From the human T2T-CHM13v2.0 reference genome, Homo sapiens, in the NCBI RefSeq assembly GCF_009914755.1, contig NC_060948.1: a stretch of 64,000 nucleotides of DNA; one strand, written 5' to 3'. Both the position numbers and the translations under genes were made by a program. Below the pieces are notes generated by a model that was given only the letters and a program-made list of their open reading frames with translations, had not been told where the DNA came from and made no database searches. The stretch's first letter is position 1; each line of letters opens with the position of its first letter. Positions 42,450-56,500 of this stretch are shown in pieces.

Positions 42450-43562
42450 TATGGGTAAGCTTCCACCTTCCATTCCTCCTTCTTCTCCCTTAGCCTATAT
42501 TCTTAAGAACTTAAAACCTCTTCAACTCACACCTGACCTAAAACCTAAATGCCTTATTTTCTTCTGCAATGCCGCTTGACCCCAATACAAACTCGACAGT
42601 AGTTCTAAATAGCCAGAAAATGGCACTTTGAATTTTTCCATCCTGCAAAATCTAAATAATTCTTGTCGTAAAATAGGCAAACGGTCTGAGGTGCCTGATG
42701 TCCAGGCATTCTTTTACACATCAGTCCCTTCCTAGTCTCTGTGCCCACTGCAACTCATCCCAAATCTTCCTTCTTTCCCTCCCACCTGTCCCCTCAGTAC
42801 CAACCCCAAGCGTCTCTGAGTCTTTCTCATCTTCCTTTTCTATAGACCCATCTGACCTCTCCCTTCCTCCCCAGGCTGCTCCTCGCCAGGCTGAGCTAGG
42901 TCCCAATTCTTCCTCAGCCTCCGCTCCTCCACCCAATAATCCTTTTATCACCTCCCCTCCTCACACCTGGTCCTGCTTACAGTTTCGTCCTGTGACTAGC
43001 CCTCCCCCACCTGCCCAGCAATTTACTCTTAAAAAGGTGGCTGGAGCTAAAGGCAGAGTCAAGGTTAATGCTCCTTTTTCTTTATCCCAAATCAGATAGC
43101 GTTTAGGCTCTTTTTCATCAAATATAAAAATCCAGCCCAGTTCATGGCTCGTTCGGCAGCAACCCTGAGACACTTTACAGCCCTAGACCCTAAAAGGTCA
43201 AAAGGCCATCTTATTCTCAATATACATTTTATTACTCAATCTGCTCCCGACATTAAATAAAACTCCAAAAACTGGAATCTGGCCCTCAAACCCCACAACA
43301 GGACTTAATTAACCTCACCTTCAAGGTGTGCAATAACATAAAAAAGTTGCAACTCCTTGCCTCCACTGTGAGACAAACCCCAGCCACATCTCCAGCACAC
43401 AAGAACTTCCAAATGCCTGAACTGCAGTGGCCAGGCATTCCTCCAGAACCTCCTCCCCTAGGAGCTTGCTACACGTGCCAGAAATCTGGCCACTGGGCCA
43501 AGGAATGCCTGCAGCCCAGGATTCCTCCTAAGCTGCATCCCATCTGTGTGGGACCCCACTGA
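42450..43562 (+). pseudogene. gag: HERV-H gag remnant
   Basis: MGKLPPSIPPSSPLAYILKNL start and CCHC zinc knuckle CYTCQKSGHWAKEC (43326-43562); interrupted by stops. Confidence 0.85.
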
Positions 43563-43742
43563 AAATCGGACTGTTCAACTCACCTGGCAGCCACTCCCAG
43601 AGCCCCTGGAACTCTGGCCCAAGGCTCTCTGACTGACTCCTTCCCAGATCTTCTCGGCTTAGCAGCTGAAGACTGACACTGCTCGATTGCCTCGGAAGCC
43701 CCCTAGACCATCACGGACGCCGAGCTTTAGGTAACTTTCACA

Positions 43743-44950
43743 GTGGAGGGTAAGTCTGTCCCCTTCTTAATCAATACAGAGGCTACCCACTCCACATTAC
43801 CTTCTTTTCAAGGGCCTGTTTCCCTTGCCTCCATAACTGTTGTGGGTATTGACAGCCAGGCTTCTAAACCTCTTAAAACTCCCCAACTCTGGCGCCAACT
43901 TAGACAATACTCTTTTATGCACTCTTTTTTAGTTATCCCCATCTGCCCAGTTCCCTTATTAGGCTGAGATATTTTAACCAAATTATCTGCTTCCCTGACT
44001 ATTCCTGCACTATAGCCGCATCTCATTGCTGCCCTTCTTCCCAATCCAAAGCCTCCTTTGCGTCCTCCTCTTGTATTCCCCCACCTTAACCCAGAAGTAT
44101 AAGATACCTCTACTCCCTCCTTGGCGACCGATCACGCACCCCTTACCATCTCATTAAAACCTAATCACCCTTACGCCGCTCAACACCAATATCCCATCCC
44201 ACAGCATGCTTTAAAAGGATTAAAGCCTGTTATCACTCACCTGCTACAGCATGGGCTTCTAAAACCTATAAACTCTCTTTGCCATTCCCCCATTTTACCT
44301 GTCCTAAAACCAGACAAGCCTTACAAGTTAGTTCAGAATCTGCGCTTTATCAACCAAATTGTTTTGCCTATCCACCCCATGGTGCCAAACCCATATACTC
44401 TCCTATCCTCAATAGCTCCCTCTACTACCCATTATTCTGTTCTGGATCTCAAACCTGCTTTCTTTACTATTCCTTTGCACCCTTCATCCCAGCCTCTCTT
44501 TGTCTTCACTTAGACTGACCCTGACACCCATTAGGCTCAGCAAATTACCTGGGCTGTACTGACGCAAGGCTTCACAGACAGCCCCCATTACTTCAGTCAA
44601 GCCCAAATTTCATCCTCATCTGTTACCTATTCGGCATAATTCTCATAAAAACACACGTGCTCTCCCTGCTGATCGTGTCCGATTAATCTCCCAAACCTCA
44701 ATCCCTTACAAAAGAATAACTGCTTTCCTTCCTAGGCATGGTTAGTGTGGTCAGAATTCTTACACAAGAGCCAGGACCACACTGTGTAGCCTTTCTGTCC
44801 AAACAACTTGACCTTACTGTTTTAGCCTAGCCCTCATGTCTGCGTGCAGCGGCTGCCACTGCTTTAATACTGTTAGAGGCCCTAAAAATCACAAACTATG
44901 CTCAACTCACTCTCTACATTTCCCATAACTTCCAAAATCTATTTTCTTCA
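43743..44950 (+). pseudogene. pol: HERV-H pro/pol remnant
   Basis: Protease-like FLINTEATHS (catalytic DTG lost) and RT-like QYPIP...SPILPVLKPDKPYKLVQNLR...YSVLDLKPAFFTIPL; multiple stops. Confidence 0.88.
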
Positions 44951-45604
44951 GAATTCAGGCCTGTCCTCAGAATGCTACAAGGTACAGCCAATTTAAGCTC
45001 CTGTATAGACGTTCCTTTTTATTAGGCCCCAGTCTCATTCAACACCAGACCAACTTAGACTGTGCCCCAAAAAAACTTGTCATCCCTACCATCTTTTGTC
45101 TAGTCATACTCCTATTCACCGTTCTCAACTACTCATACATGCCCTGCTCTTGTTTACACTGCCGGTTTACACTGTTTCTCCAAGCCATCACAGCTGATAT
45201 CTCCTGGTGCTATCCCCAAACTGCCACTCTAAACTCTTGAAGTAAATAAATAATCTTTACTGGTAGGACTATGCTGAATCTCCTCAGGCACTATACCTGT
45301 TTTTCTCCTTCTGTTATTCCATTTAGTTTTTCAATTCATACAAAACCGTATCCAGGCCATCACCAATCATTCTATACAACAAATGTTTCTTCTAACATCC
45401 CCACGATATCACCCCTTACCACAAGATCTCCTTTCAGCTTAATCTCTCCCACTCTAGGTTCCCACACCGCCCCTAATCCCGCTCGAAGCAGCCCTGAGAA
45501 ACATCGTCCACTCTCTCTCCATACCACCCCCCAAAAATTTTCGCCGCCCCAACACTTCAACACTATTTTGTTTTATTTCTCTTATTAATATAAGAAGGCA
45601 GAAA

Positions 45605-46056
45605 TGTCAGGCCTCTGAGCCCAAGTCAAGCCATCGCATCCCCTGTGACTTGCACGTATAAGCCCAGATGGCCTGAAGTAACTGAAGAATCACAAAAGAA
45701 GTGAATATGCCCTGCCCCACCTTAACTGATGACATTCCACCACAACAGAAGTGTAAATGCCAGTCCTTGCCTTAACTGATGACGTTACCTTGTGAAATTC
45801 CTTCTCCTGGCTCATCCTGGCTCAAAAAGCACCCCCACTGAGCACCTTGCGACCCCCACTCCGGCCCACCAGAGAACAAACCCCCTTTGACTGTAATTTT
45901 CCTTTACCTACCCAAATCCTATAAAACGGCCCCACCCCTATCTCCCTTTGCTGACTCTCTTTTCGGACTCAGCCCACCTGCACGCAGGTGAAATAAACAG
46001 CCATGTTGCTCACACAAAGCCTGTTTGGTGGTCTCTTCACACGGACGCGCATGAAA
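45605..46056 (+). mobile_element. LTR7 3' LTR
   Basis: Direct repeat of 41129-41580, preceded by a purine tract (AAGAAGGCAGAAA). Confidence 0.95.
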
Positions 46057-46713
46057 CCTACTATGAGCTTTCCTTTGGTACCTGGGTGTAATCCCCAAGT
46101 TTTAGCATCCTTATAATTTGATAAGGCCATGCTTTCCCAGACCTCCTGTTCCATGAACTTTAATGACAGGAACTGGGGACTGGGTGGGTTTCCTTTGCCC
46201 TTAGTCAGTTGAATAGGGGAAGGGAAGAATTTAGCATAAGTACAGAAGGTTTAAGTCACCTGAAACATATGCAAGTTTTCTCCGGGGTGCACAGCACACA
46301 GAGATCAGGGACCACAGCCAGAAAAGAATTTTAAAAACAGTCTAGGGCAATTATTCCTATTCATTTACAGGCCTTCGGGCAATACCAGGGAGTGACCCCA
46401 GCCAGTTGCCCTCAATTTCCAAGGAGCCACTAAGAAACAGCCACTGAAAGACTGAAAAAGAAAGGAAAAAAAAAAAAAAAAAACTGGAAAAAGTCCCAGC
46501 TCCTTTAAGCGAATTTAGTGGTGGCAGTTAGCTTCTTCCAGATGGAAACCACTTAGTTTCCCTGGCCACAGACAGAAACCTGCAGTTGCTGCTGAGTTTA
46601 GGCGCTGCCCACCAATGGTCCCGAGATGGAAAGGAAAGTAGTAACAGATTCCCCTGTATGAAGCAGAAAGGAAAGGGAGAAAAATGAATCCCAAACTTTG
46701 GGCTTACCTTTTC

Positions 46714-46731
46714 CTCCTGGCTAGCTTGCCA
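46714..46731 (-). other. MER61 primer binding site, tRNA-Arg-like
   Basis: Minus strand reads TGGCAAGCTAGCCAGGAG versus TGGCGAGCCAGCCAGGAG expected for tRNA-Arg(ACG). Confidence 0.75.
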
Positions 46732-46734
46732 AAA

Positions 46735-47093
46735 TATTTCACTGGTGGACAGTGTCCAGGTTCTTGGCATATTGAACAAAGGATCGGATAAAACACACAA
46801 ACAATGCAAGGAAAAATGAAGGGATTTATTGAAAATGAAAGTACACTCCACGGTGTGGGAGCAGACCTGCACATAGGGGCTCAAGGGCCTCATTACAGAA
46901 TTTTTGGGAGTTGAAATACCCTCTAGCAGATTCCACTGGTTACTTCAAGTATGCCCTATGTAAATGGAGAGGATGAAGCAAAGTTACAAAGTCACTTACT
47001 TGGCCTATGCCTATGAGGAGGATATTTCCTGTCATAGCTGAAGAGTGAATTGGCCTTATGTTCCCTGCCTTCATACCCTATTTTCCTGCCTCA
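46735..47093 (-). mobile_element. MER61 5' LTR
   Basis: Homologous to 34484-34838 and adjacent to the PBS. Confidence 0.85.
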
Positions 47094-47286
47094 CTAGGAC
47101 TTTAGCAGCAGGCACATTGACAAGTAGGCCATCTATCATCCTACCATTTAAAAAATATTTTTTTGGTCTAGTGCTTCTATAAATAGAGCACTTTAAATTG
47201 AAATATCTATATCTGATTTAAAGCTGTAAAAAATCATTTCTCCTTTATGACAATTTTGGGTAAGTACTATCAAAATAATGAAACTC

Positions 47287-47593
47287 GGCTGGGTGCAGTG
47301 GCTCACACCTGTAATCCCAGCACTTTGGGAGGCCAAGGCGGGCAGATCATGAGGTCAGGAGATTGAGACCATCCTGGCTAACACGGTGAAACCCCTTCTC
47401 TACTAAAAATACAAAAAAATTAGCCGGGCGAGGTGGCGGGTGCCTGAAGTCCCAGCTACTTGGGAGGCTGAGGCAGGAGAATGGCGTGAACAACGGGGGG
47501 GCGGAGCCAGCAGTGAGCCGAGATTGCGCCACTGCACCACTCCAGCCTGGGCGACAGGGAGACTCCATCTCAAAAAAAAAAAAAAAAAAAAAA
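47287..47593 (+). mobile_element. AluY-like element
   Basis: Full Alu with CTGGCTAACACGG and GAGAATGGCGTGAA; TSD AATGAAACT. Confidence 0.95.
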
Positions 47594-47769
47594 TGAAACT
47601 TTCCTTTAGAGTAACTTCTCCCCTCCTCAAAGATGAATAAAGATTTCTTCCTTTTCTTTCCAAGCAGATGCAACATACACAGTTACAGTAGTGTTAGAGT
47701 GTGTTAGAACTAAATTGTGTCATAAAACTTTATACTGCACTGGTGTCATAAATGTCAAATGGGTACCAC

Positions 47770-48530
47770 TGAGGACTAAGCTCTGCTTTTTTTTATCTTG
47801 CCCAAATTCCCATCTAAAGCGCCTGGGAGTCATGCTGTACAAACCATAAACTCTCATGATATGGGTTTTATTTGACCCTATATGTCGTGACTTACTTTCC
47901 AATCTGATTGGCATAACATTATATGACAAAAAAGGAAATAAAAATATTTTACCCCAAAACATGTTTCTTTGCCATATTTTGAAATGGCCCTGCAAAGCAG
48001 TCCTTTGTGGGAGAACATTTACACCTGTAAAGAATCTCTAATTCATAGTTAGAATTTTTTATTCCAGGCCCTCCCAATCCTGAAGAGATTAGCTGAGAGT
48101 CTAGCACCTTTTAAAGGTCTGAATAAGAAACACTTGTCATCTACTGTCTCTAAGAGCAGCCACTCTGAGACTTCAAAAGAAACTTGATCTACACAATCTT
48201 TTATCTTAACCTTAACATTTCCTTTCTATTCATCCCAGGTCTTTAAACAAACTCAACCAATTGTCAACAAAAAATTTTTAAATTTACCTATAGCCTGGAA
48301 GCCCCCTGTTTTGAATTGTCCCACCTTTCTGGACCAAAGCAATGTATTTTTCAAATGTATTTGATTGATGGCTCATGCCTCCCTAAAATGTATAAAACCA
48401 AGCAGTGCCTCAACCACCTTGGGTACATGTTCTCAGGACCTCCTGAGGGCTGTATCATGGGCCATGATCACTCATATTTGTCTCAGAATAAATCTCTTCA
48501 AATATTTTAGTTTGACTCTTGTAATTGACA
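47770..48530 (+). mobile_element. MER4 (D-like) solo LTR
   Basis: TGAGGACTAAGCTCTG...TTTTACCCCAAAACATG...AATGTATAAAACCAAG...AATAAATCTCTTCAAATATTTT...GACA. Confidence 0.8.
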
Positions 48531-49632
48531 TGCAACATATTCTAAAAGACTGCAATGAAATACCAAGCAATAAGCAAACCCAAGAATCAAAATTGATACT
48601 TCAAAATGTTTCAACAGTCAAAGAATATAACTTAGGAAGAAAACATCCTTCAATTATTACACCAAAAAAGAAAAAAAGGAGATAGGTATTTAAAAGCAGT
48701 TTCTCATCATTTTTTTACTGTCAAAATGAGGGTGTGATATTTCAAGCAAATGACTAAACTTGAAAACAGTTGTTCAGTAAGAAAAATTTTGCTTGCTAGA
48801 GAAAAGAGAAATAACTAAAATAATTTCTGTAAAAGAATTTTACTTCCCAAGTTTCCATATATATCATTCTATCTATAATATACTAATATTTATAAATTAA
48901 TACCTTCAACAGTTTTAAAAACATAAGGTGTTTGTGTCATTGGACAATTTCTATTACTATTGCTATCACTAGTGATTTTGGGAGGTATTTCAGATTTACA
49001 GTAATTTGGTAAGTGTGTTAGGTTCATGATTAGTTACAAGAACAATTATATTCTGTTTGAGATCAGTAGAGAAATTAATGCTTAAATGGACAAGAAACTT
49101 CATCTGTAATTTTTATACAAAATACATCTTATCAAGATTACTGGCTGCACAAACTAAGATGTTGTGAGGAGACTGTAGCACCAGTATTTCCATGTATGCA
49201 ACATAATGGCAAATTTATAAAGTCTTTGCTAGTGATGATAGTTCTTTATCTTCCAGAGAAAATGTTACAGAAATTCATAAGGAATTTCAGAAAATGAATT
49301 CCCAAGAGAAGTTTCTCACAATGCTTTTTACATATCACCAGAAATACTGACTAGCCTGGACTTCCACATAATCATTGGGTCATCTTCCTTCATTCCTTTT
49401 CCCACACCTTGAAAACTGAAATCACAAAAGGAGTCCTTTGAATTCCAGAATAAAGAGGTGTTATACTGAGAGTATTTCTGGTTTTGGCTATCCATCATTC
49501 TTTGTCTTCTTCAAGTAATAGTACCTTTATTTCCTTTTATAGGATTTCTTTTACCTCTCAGTCTTTAAGGGATAGTGAGTCAGATTTTCCATTCTTTTTT
49601 TAGCTACTTTGTGGTAAAAACATTCCAAGCTT

Positions 49633-49916
<284 letters not shown>

Positions 49917-50104
49917 CCAAGCTTAAACAATTAGAGCCTCCCTTGAGCAGAGTGAAAAAGGAATAATAAAAATAGTTAGATTTAATTCATCCCAGCAGAA
50001 GCAGCATAGTATACCTGCTATGTAGATCACCAGAATTGCCCTTTTTGTGTCTAGTAATTCAGCTCTTCTTTTGAGTCTGAGGACTATACATCATTCACAT
50101 AGGA

Positions 50105-50120
50105 AGATAGATAGATAGAC

Positions 50121-50164
<44 letters not shown>
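50105..50164. repeat. (AGAT)n tetranucleotide STR with one AGAC interruption
   Basis: Read directly from the sequence. Confidence 0.95.
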
Positions 50165-50219
50165 TTTTCTATTGCTTGAGTTATTCAAAGTCAATTTCTT
50201 TTTGCTTGCAAACAAAGGG

Positions 50220-50560
50220 ACTAATTGTCAAAATGAATTATCATATTGCCCTGGCAAGGTCCTTGTCAGTGTTAAAACAAGATAAGGAATGTAAAACACT
50301 AGCATGGCGTGTGTCTAAAAAGTGTCTAATAATAATAGCATTACTATTTATAATAGTTAACAAGAATTGAAGCTGACAGTACTGAGCACTTCACATGCAT
50401 TATTTCACTTAATCCTCACTATGGATCTGTGGAGTAGATTCCAATTATCTCCATTTTATAGGTTAAAAAAAAGTCCAGAGAATGAGAAGCCCAAGCTAAT
50501 GCAGCTGGTAAGTAGAGAGGCTGGGATTTGACACCTGGCAAACTTCAAATACACACATTT
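50220..50560. mobile_element. MIR relics
   Basis: ATGTAAAACACTAGCATGG, CACATGCATTATTTCACTTAATCCTCAC, CTCCATTTTATAG and GGCTGGGATTTGA. Confidence 0.7.
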
Positions 50561-50574
50561 AAGCATTGCATTCT

Positions 50575-53500
50575 GAAGGGTAGGTGGAGCAAGATGGCAA
50601 AATCAAAGTCTCCATCTATAGTCTCCCAGAAGGACACCAATTTAACAACTATCTACATAGGAAAAACACCTTCAAAAGAACCAAATTTCATGTGAGCCCT
50701 CATGGTATCTGGTTTTAACTTCCTATCACTGAAAGAGGCAATAAAGAGATAGAAAATACAGTCCTGAATGACTGACACCACTCCTCCCCCAACCCCATGG
50801 AGCAGTGGTGTGGTGCTCAGAACTTCTCTGGGTGCTGGAGGAGGGAGAGCACAACAATTGTGAGACATTGAACTTAGTGCTCTGTGTTAGAGCAGAAAGG
50901 AAAACCAGACCAAAGTCAGCTGACAGCTGCCCACTGAGGAAGCATTTAAACCAACCCTAGTTAAAGGGAAATTGCAGATGCCAGCAGTCAAAACTTGGCC
51001 AACCCTGCCACCAAGGGCTACAGTGTTCTGTGTCTCCAAGTGAACTTGAAAAGCAGTCTAAGCCATAAGGACTGCAACTATGGCAAGTCCTTGTGCTGAC
51101 CTAGGTCCAGAGACAGTGGAATTGGAGGAACATGTGACTTACTGAGGCACCAGCTGGGGCAGCTGAGGGAGTGCCGGTATTAGGCCCTCCCCTAACCCCA
51201 GGCTACACAGCTTGCAGCTCCAACAATGATCCCTTCTTTCAGCTCGAATAGAGGAAAGGGAAAAATGGGAAAGACGTTTTTTTGGGGGGCAGCGGGGATC
51301 TAGGATACCAGCTCAGCCACAGCAGAACAGGGCATTGGTCAGAATCAAGAGGCCCCCATTCTGGGCCCTTGTTCCCAGACATTTTTAGACACACCCTGGA
51401 ACAGAAGGAAACCTGCTGCCTTTAAAGAAAGAACCCAGCCCTGGCAGCATTCATAGCCTGTTAACTGAAGAGCCCTTGGGCTCTGAATAACCAGCAGCGA
51501 TATTACATCTTGGGCCTTGGGTGAGCCTCTGAGATTTGCTGGCATCATGTTAGACTCAGCACATTACCAAATGTGGTGGCTAGAGGGCAAAACTCCTTCT
51601 GCTTGAAAAAAGCTGAGAGAAAAGTAAAGATGACACTTTCTTGCAGCTTAAGAGCTAGTGCGGCCACAGGGGAGTAGAGCACTAATTAGGCTCTTGGGGT
51701 CCCAATTCCAGAATTTGACTCTTAGATGGCTTTTCTGCACATGCCCTGGGCCAGAGAGGTGGCCACTGCCCTGAATAGTGACTCCCAGGCTAGGCAGCAT
51801 TCACTACTAGTCGACTTAAGATACCTTAGGCCTTAAGAGAACATTAGCAGTAGTCTGGCAATACCCCTCATGGTTTAGGGTGGCAGTGGCTATGGAGTGA
51901 GACTCCTCTGCCTCTGAAAAGGGGATGGAAGAGTGAGAAGAAATATGTTTTGTCTTTTGAGTGCCAGCTCAGCTGCAGTACAATAGAACACGAGGCAGAC
52001 TTCTAATGTTTTTGGCTCTAGTCCCTGACTCCCCAGTGTCACCTGTGGACCCACACAGAGCCAGGGGAAACTCACTACACTGAAAGGAATGACACAGACC
52101 TAGCTAGCTTTGCCATTGGCTGATTGTAGGGCCCCTGGGACTTGAGAGCATATAGACAGTAGCTAGGGAGTACTTACTGCAGGCCTTGGGAGAGACTCAC
52201 TGCTGTACTGGCTTCAGGTTTAACTCAGAGTAGTCATAGTAGTTGTGGCCACAGGTGCACTTGTGTCACTCTTCCACCAGCTTTATGTGGATCAGAACAA
52301 TGATAGAGACTGTTTGAGAGAAAGTAAGGGAAGGAAGCAAGAGTCTCTTTCTTGTAAACCAGAGAATTCTCCCAGATCTTCCCAAGACCATCAAGGCAGT
52401 ACCTCTACAAATCTGCAAAAACCACAATGTTACTGGGCTTAGGGTGTCCTCTAAAGCTGATAAAGCTTGGATCATAGCACACAAGTCCTACCAAGTATCT
52501 GGAAAGCCTTCCCCAGGAGGAGTACAAACAAGCCCAGAGAGTAAAGACTAAATAAATACCTAACTCTTCAAAAACCAGACACCAAAAAGCATCTACTAGC
52601 ATCAACAGCATCCAGGAAAGTATGACCTCAACTAATTAACTAAATAAGGCACTAGGAACCAATCCTGTAGAAAAGGAGATGTGTGACTTTTCAGACAGAG
52701 AATTCAAAATAGCTGTGTTGAGGAAACTGAAATAAATTCAAAATATCACAGAGAAGAAATTCAGAATTCTATAAGATACATTTAACAAAAAGAAGAATAA
52801 TTAAAATGAAACACAAATTCTGAAACTGAAAAATGCAATTGGCATACTGAAGAATGCATCAGAACTTTTTAATAGCAGAATTGATCAAGAAGAAGAAAGA
52901 ATTAGTGAGCTTGAAGACAAGCAATTTGAGAACACAAGACCTGAGGAGATAAAAGAGAAAATAATAAAAAACTATGAAGTATGCTATTCAGAATCTAGAA
53001 AATAGCCTCAAATGGGCAAATTTAAGAGTTATTGGGTTTAAAGAAGAGGTAGAGAAAGAGACGGGTAAAATGTTTATTCAAGAGAAAAATAACATAGAAC
53101 TTCCCACAGCAAGAAAAGATATCAAAATCTAAGTACAGGAAGCTTATAAAACACCAAGCAAATTTAACCAAAAGAAGACTACATAAAGGTTTTTAATAAT
53201 CTAACTTCCAAAGATTAAAGATAAAATAAAAGGATCCTAAAAACAGCAAGAGAAAAGAAGCAAATAACATACAATGAAACTTTAATAATTCTGGCATCAG
53301 ACTTTTCAATGAAAAACTTACAGACAAGGAGAGTGTGCCATGACAAATTTAAAGTGCTAAAAATCAAAAACCTCTTACCCTAGAATAATATACCCAGCAA
53401 AAATATCCTTCAAACATGGAGGAGAAATACTTTCCCAGACAAACAAAAGCTGAGAGATTTCACCAACACCAGACTTGTACTACAAGAAATGCTAAAGAGA

Positions 53501-56500
53501 GTACTTCAATCAGAAAGAAAAGTACATTAATGAGCAATAAATGTCTTGAAACCAATGACAATGGAGACACAACATACAAAGACCTATGGGATACAGTGAA
53601 AGTAGTAATAAGAGAAAACTTCTTACCCATAAGTGCCTACATCAAAAAAGAGGAAAGACTTCAAATACACAATCTAATGACACATCTTAAAGAACTAGGA
53701 AAGCAACAGCAAACCAAACCTAAAATTAGTAAAAGAAAAGAAAAAATAAAGATCGGAACAGAAATAAAGGAAATTGGAATGAAGAAAACAATACAAGAGA
53801 TAATGAAACAAAAAGGTGGTTTATTGAAAAGTTAAACAAAGAGACAAATCTCTAGCCATACTAACTAAGAAAAAAAAGGGAGAATCCAAATAAAATAAGA
53901 AATGAAAAAGGGGAAATTATAACTGATACTGCAGAAATTCAAAGGATTATGAGTGGGTACTATGAGCAACTATATGCCAATAAATTGGAAAATCTAAAAG
54001 AAATGAACAAATTCCTAGACACATACAACCTACCAAGATTGAAACAGGAAAAGTCCAAAACCAGAACAGACTAATAACAAGTAATGAGATCAAAGCCATA
54101 ATAAAAACACTTTCAGTAAAGAAAAGCCTGGGACCTTATGGTGTCACTGCAGTATTCTACCAAACATATAAATAAGTACTTACAGCAATCCTACTCAAAC
54201 TATTTTGGAAAATATGGAAGGAAGGAATACTTCTAAACTCATTATAAGGGGTCAGTATTACCCTGATACCAAAACCAGACAAAGACACTTTCAAAAAAGA
54301 AAACTACAGGCCAATATCTCTGACAAATATTGATGCAAAAAATCTTCAAAAAAATACTGACAAACAAAATTTATGAAGAATTCAGAAAGATCATTCATCA
54401 TGACCAAGTGAGATTTATTCCTGGGATACAATGGTGGTTCAACATAGGCAAATCAATCAATGTGATACATTATATCAACAGAATGAAGGACAAAAGCCAT
54501 ATGATTCTTTCAATTGATGCTGAAAGAGCATTTAATAAAATTCAACATCTTTTCATCATAAAAATTCTAAGAAAACTGGTTACAGATGGAACATACCTCA
54601 ACATATTAAAAGCCATTTATGTGGGATCCATAGGTAGTATTATACAAAATGGGGAAAAATGAAAGCCTTTCCTCTAAGTTATGGACCACAACAAGGATGA
54701 ACAGTTTCACAATTGTTACTCAGTACAGTGATGGAAGTCCTAGCTAGAACCATCAAAAAAAGAAAGATATAAAAGTCTTCCAAATTAGAAAGGAAGAAGT
54801 CAAATTATTCTTGTTTGCAGATGATGATTGTATGTTTGGAAAAATCTAAAGACTACAGAAGAAAACTATTAGAACTGATACATTCAGTAAATTTGTAAGA
54901 TATAAAATGAAGGTACAAAAATCAGTAGCTTTTCTATATGCCAACAGTGAAAAGTGAAAAAGAAATAAAAAGTACTCCCATTTACAATAGCCACACATAA
55001 AATTAAATACATAGGAATTAACTTAATCAAGGAAGTGAAAGTTCTCTGTAATAAAAACTATAAAACACAGATGAAAAAAGTTGAAAAAGACATCAGAAAT
55101 TGGAAAAATATTCCATGTTCATGGATTGATAGAATCAATATTGTTAAAATGTCTATACTAACAAAAGCAATATACAGACTCAGTGCAATCTCTATCAAAA
55201 TACCAATGACATTCGTCACAGAAATAGAAAAAAAATCTTAAAATTCATGTGAGACCACCAAAGACCCAGAATAGCCAAAACAGTTCTATGTAAACAAAGC
55301 AAAACAAAACAAAAACTGGAGGAATCACATTATTTGACTTCAAATTATACTATAGAGCTACCAAATATCATGATAATGGTGTAAAAAAAGACTCACAGAC
55401 CCACGAAATGGAGTGGGGAGCCCAGGAACAAATATGCACATCTTCACTGAACTCATTTTAAACAAAGGTGCCAAGCACATACACTGGTGAAAAGACAGTC
55501 TCTTCAACAAATGGTGCCAGGAAAACTGCATATCCATATGAAGAAGAATAAAACTAGAACCCTATCTCTTGCCATAAACAAAAATCAAATCTAAATGGAT
55601 TAATTACTTAAATCTATGACCTTGAGCTATGTAACTGCTAAAAGAAAACATTGGAGAAACTTTCTATGACATTGGTGTGAGCAAAGAATTTATTGAGCAA
55701 TACCCCACAAGCACAAGCAACCAAAGCAAAAATAGACAACTGGCGTCACATCAAGCTAAGAAACTTCTGCAAGCAAAAGAAACAATAACAAAGTGAAGAG
55801 ACAACCCAGATAATGGGAGAAAACATTTGAAAACTACCCATCTGTATTAATCCATTTTCACACTGCTATAAAGAACTATCTGAGACTGGGTAATTTATGA
55901 AGAAAAGAGGTTTAATTTACTCACAAAACTGCAGGCTTAACAGGAAGCATGACTGGGAGGCCTCAGGAAATTGACAATTATGGCAGAAGGTGAAGGGGAA
56001 GCAAGCAGCTTCTTCACATGGCAGCAGGAGAGAGAGAGAGAGAGAGAAGCAGGAAGTGCCACACAGTTATGAACAATCAGGTGTCATAAGAATTCACTCA
56101 CTATCATGAGAACAGCAAAGGGAAAATCCATCTCCATGATCCAATTTACTCCCATCAGACCCCTTCTCCAATTGAACATGAGATTTAGGTGGGGACACAA
56201 ATTCAAACCACGTCATTCTGCCCAAGCCCCTCCCAAATTTCATATCCTTCTCCAATTGCAAAATACAATTATTCCTTCTTAACAGTACCCCAGTTTTAAC
56301 TCATTTAAGCGTTAAATTAAAAGTCCACAGTCCAAAGTCTTATCTGAGACAAGGTGATTTCCCTCTGCCTATGAGCCTGTAAAATCAAAAACAAGTTACT
56401 TACTTCCAAGATACAACAGGGGTTGAGGCATTGGGCAAATGCTTTTATTCCAAAAAAGAAATTGGCCAAAACAAAGGAGATACAGGCCCCATTCAAGTCT

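Larger units (their letters stand above)
41129..46056 (+). mobile_element. HERV-H provirus (LTR7-int-LTR7), internally deleted
   Basis: Two ~452-bp LTRs (41129-41580, 45605-46056), tRNA-His PBS, perfect 5-bp TSD CCTAC (41124-41128, 46057-46061), and gag/pro/pol remnants. Confidence 0.97.

Noticed and set aside
41472-42579. 249-aa and 158-aa ORFs
   Set aside because: They span the LTR7, PBS and repetitive HERV-H leader; C/T-rich, non-ATG starts, no domain recognised.
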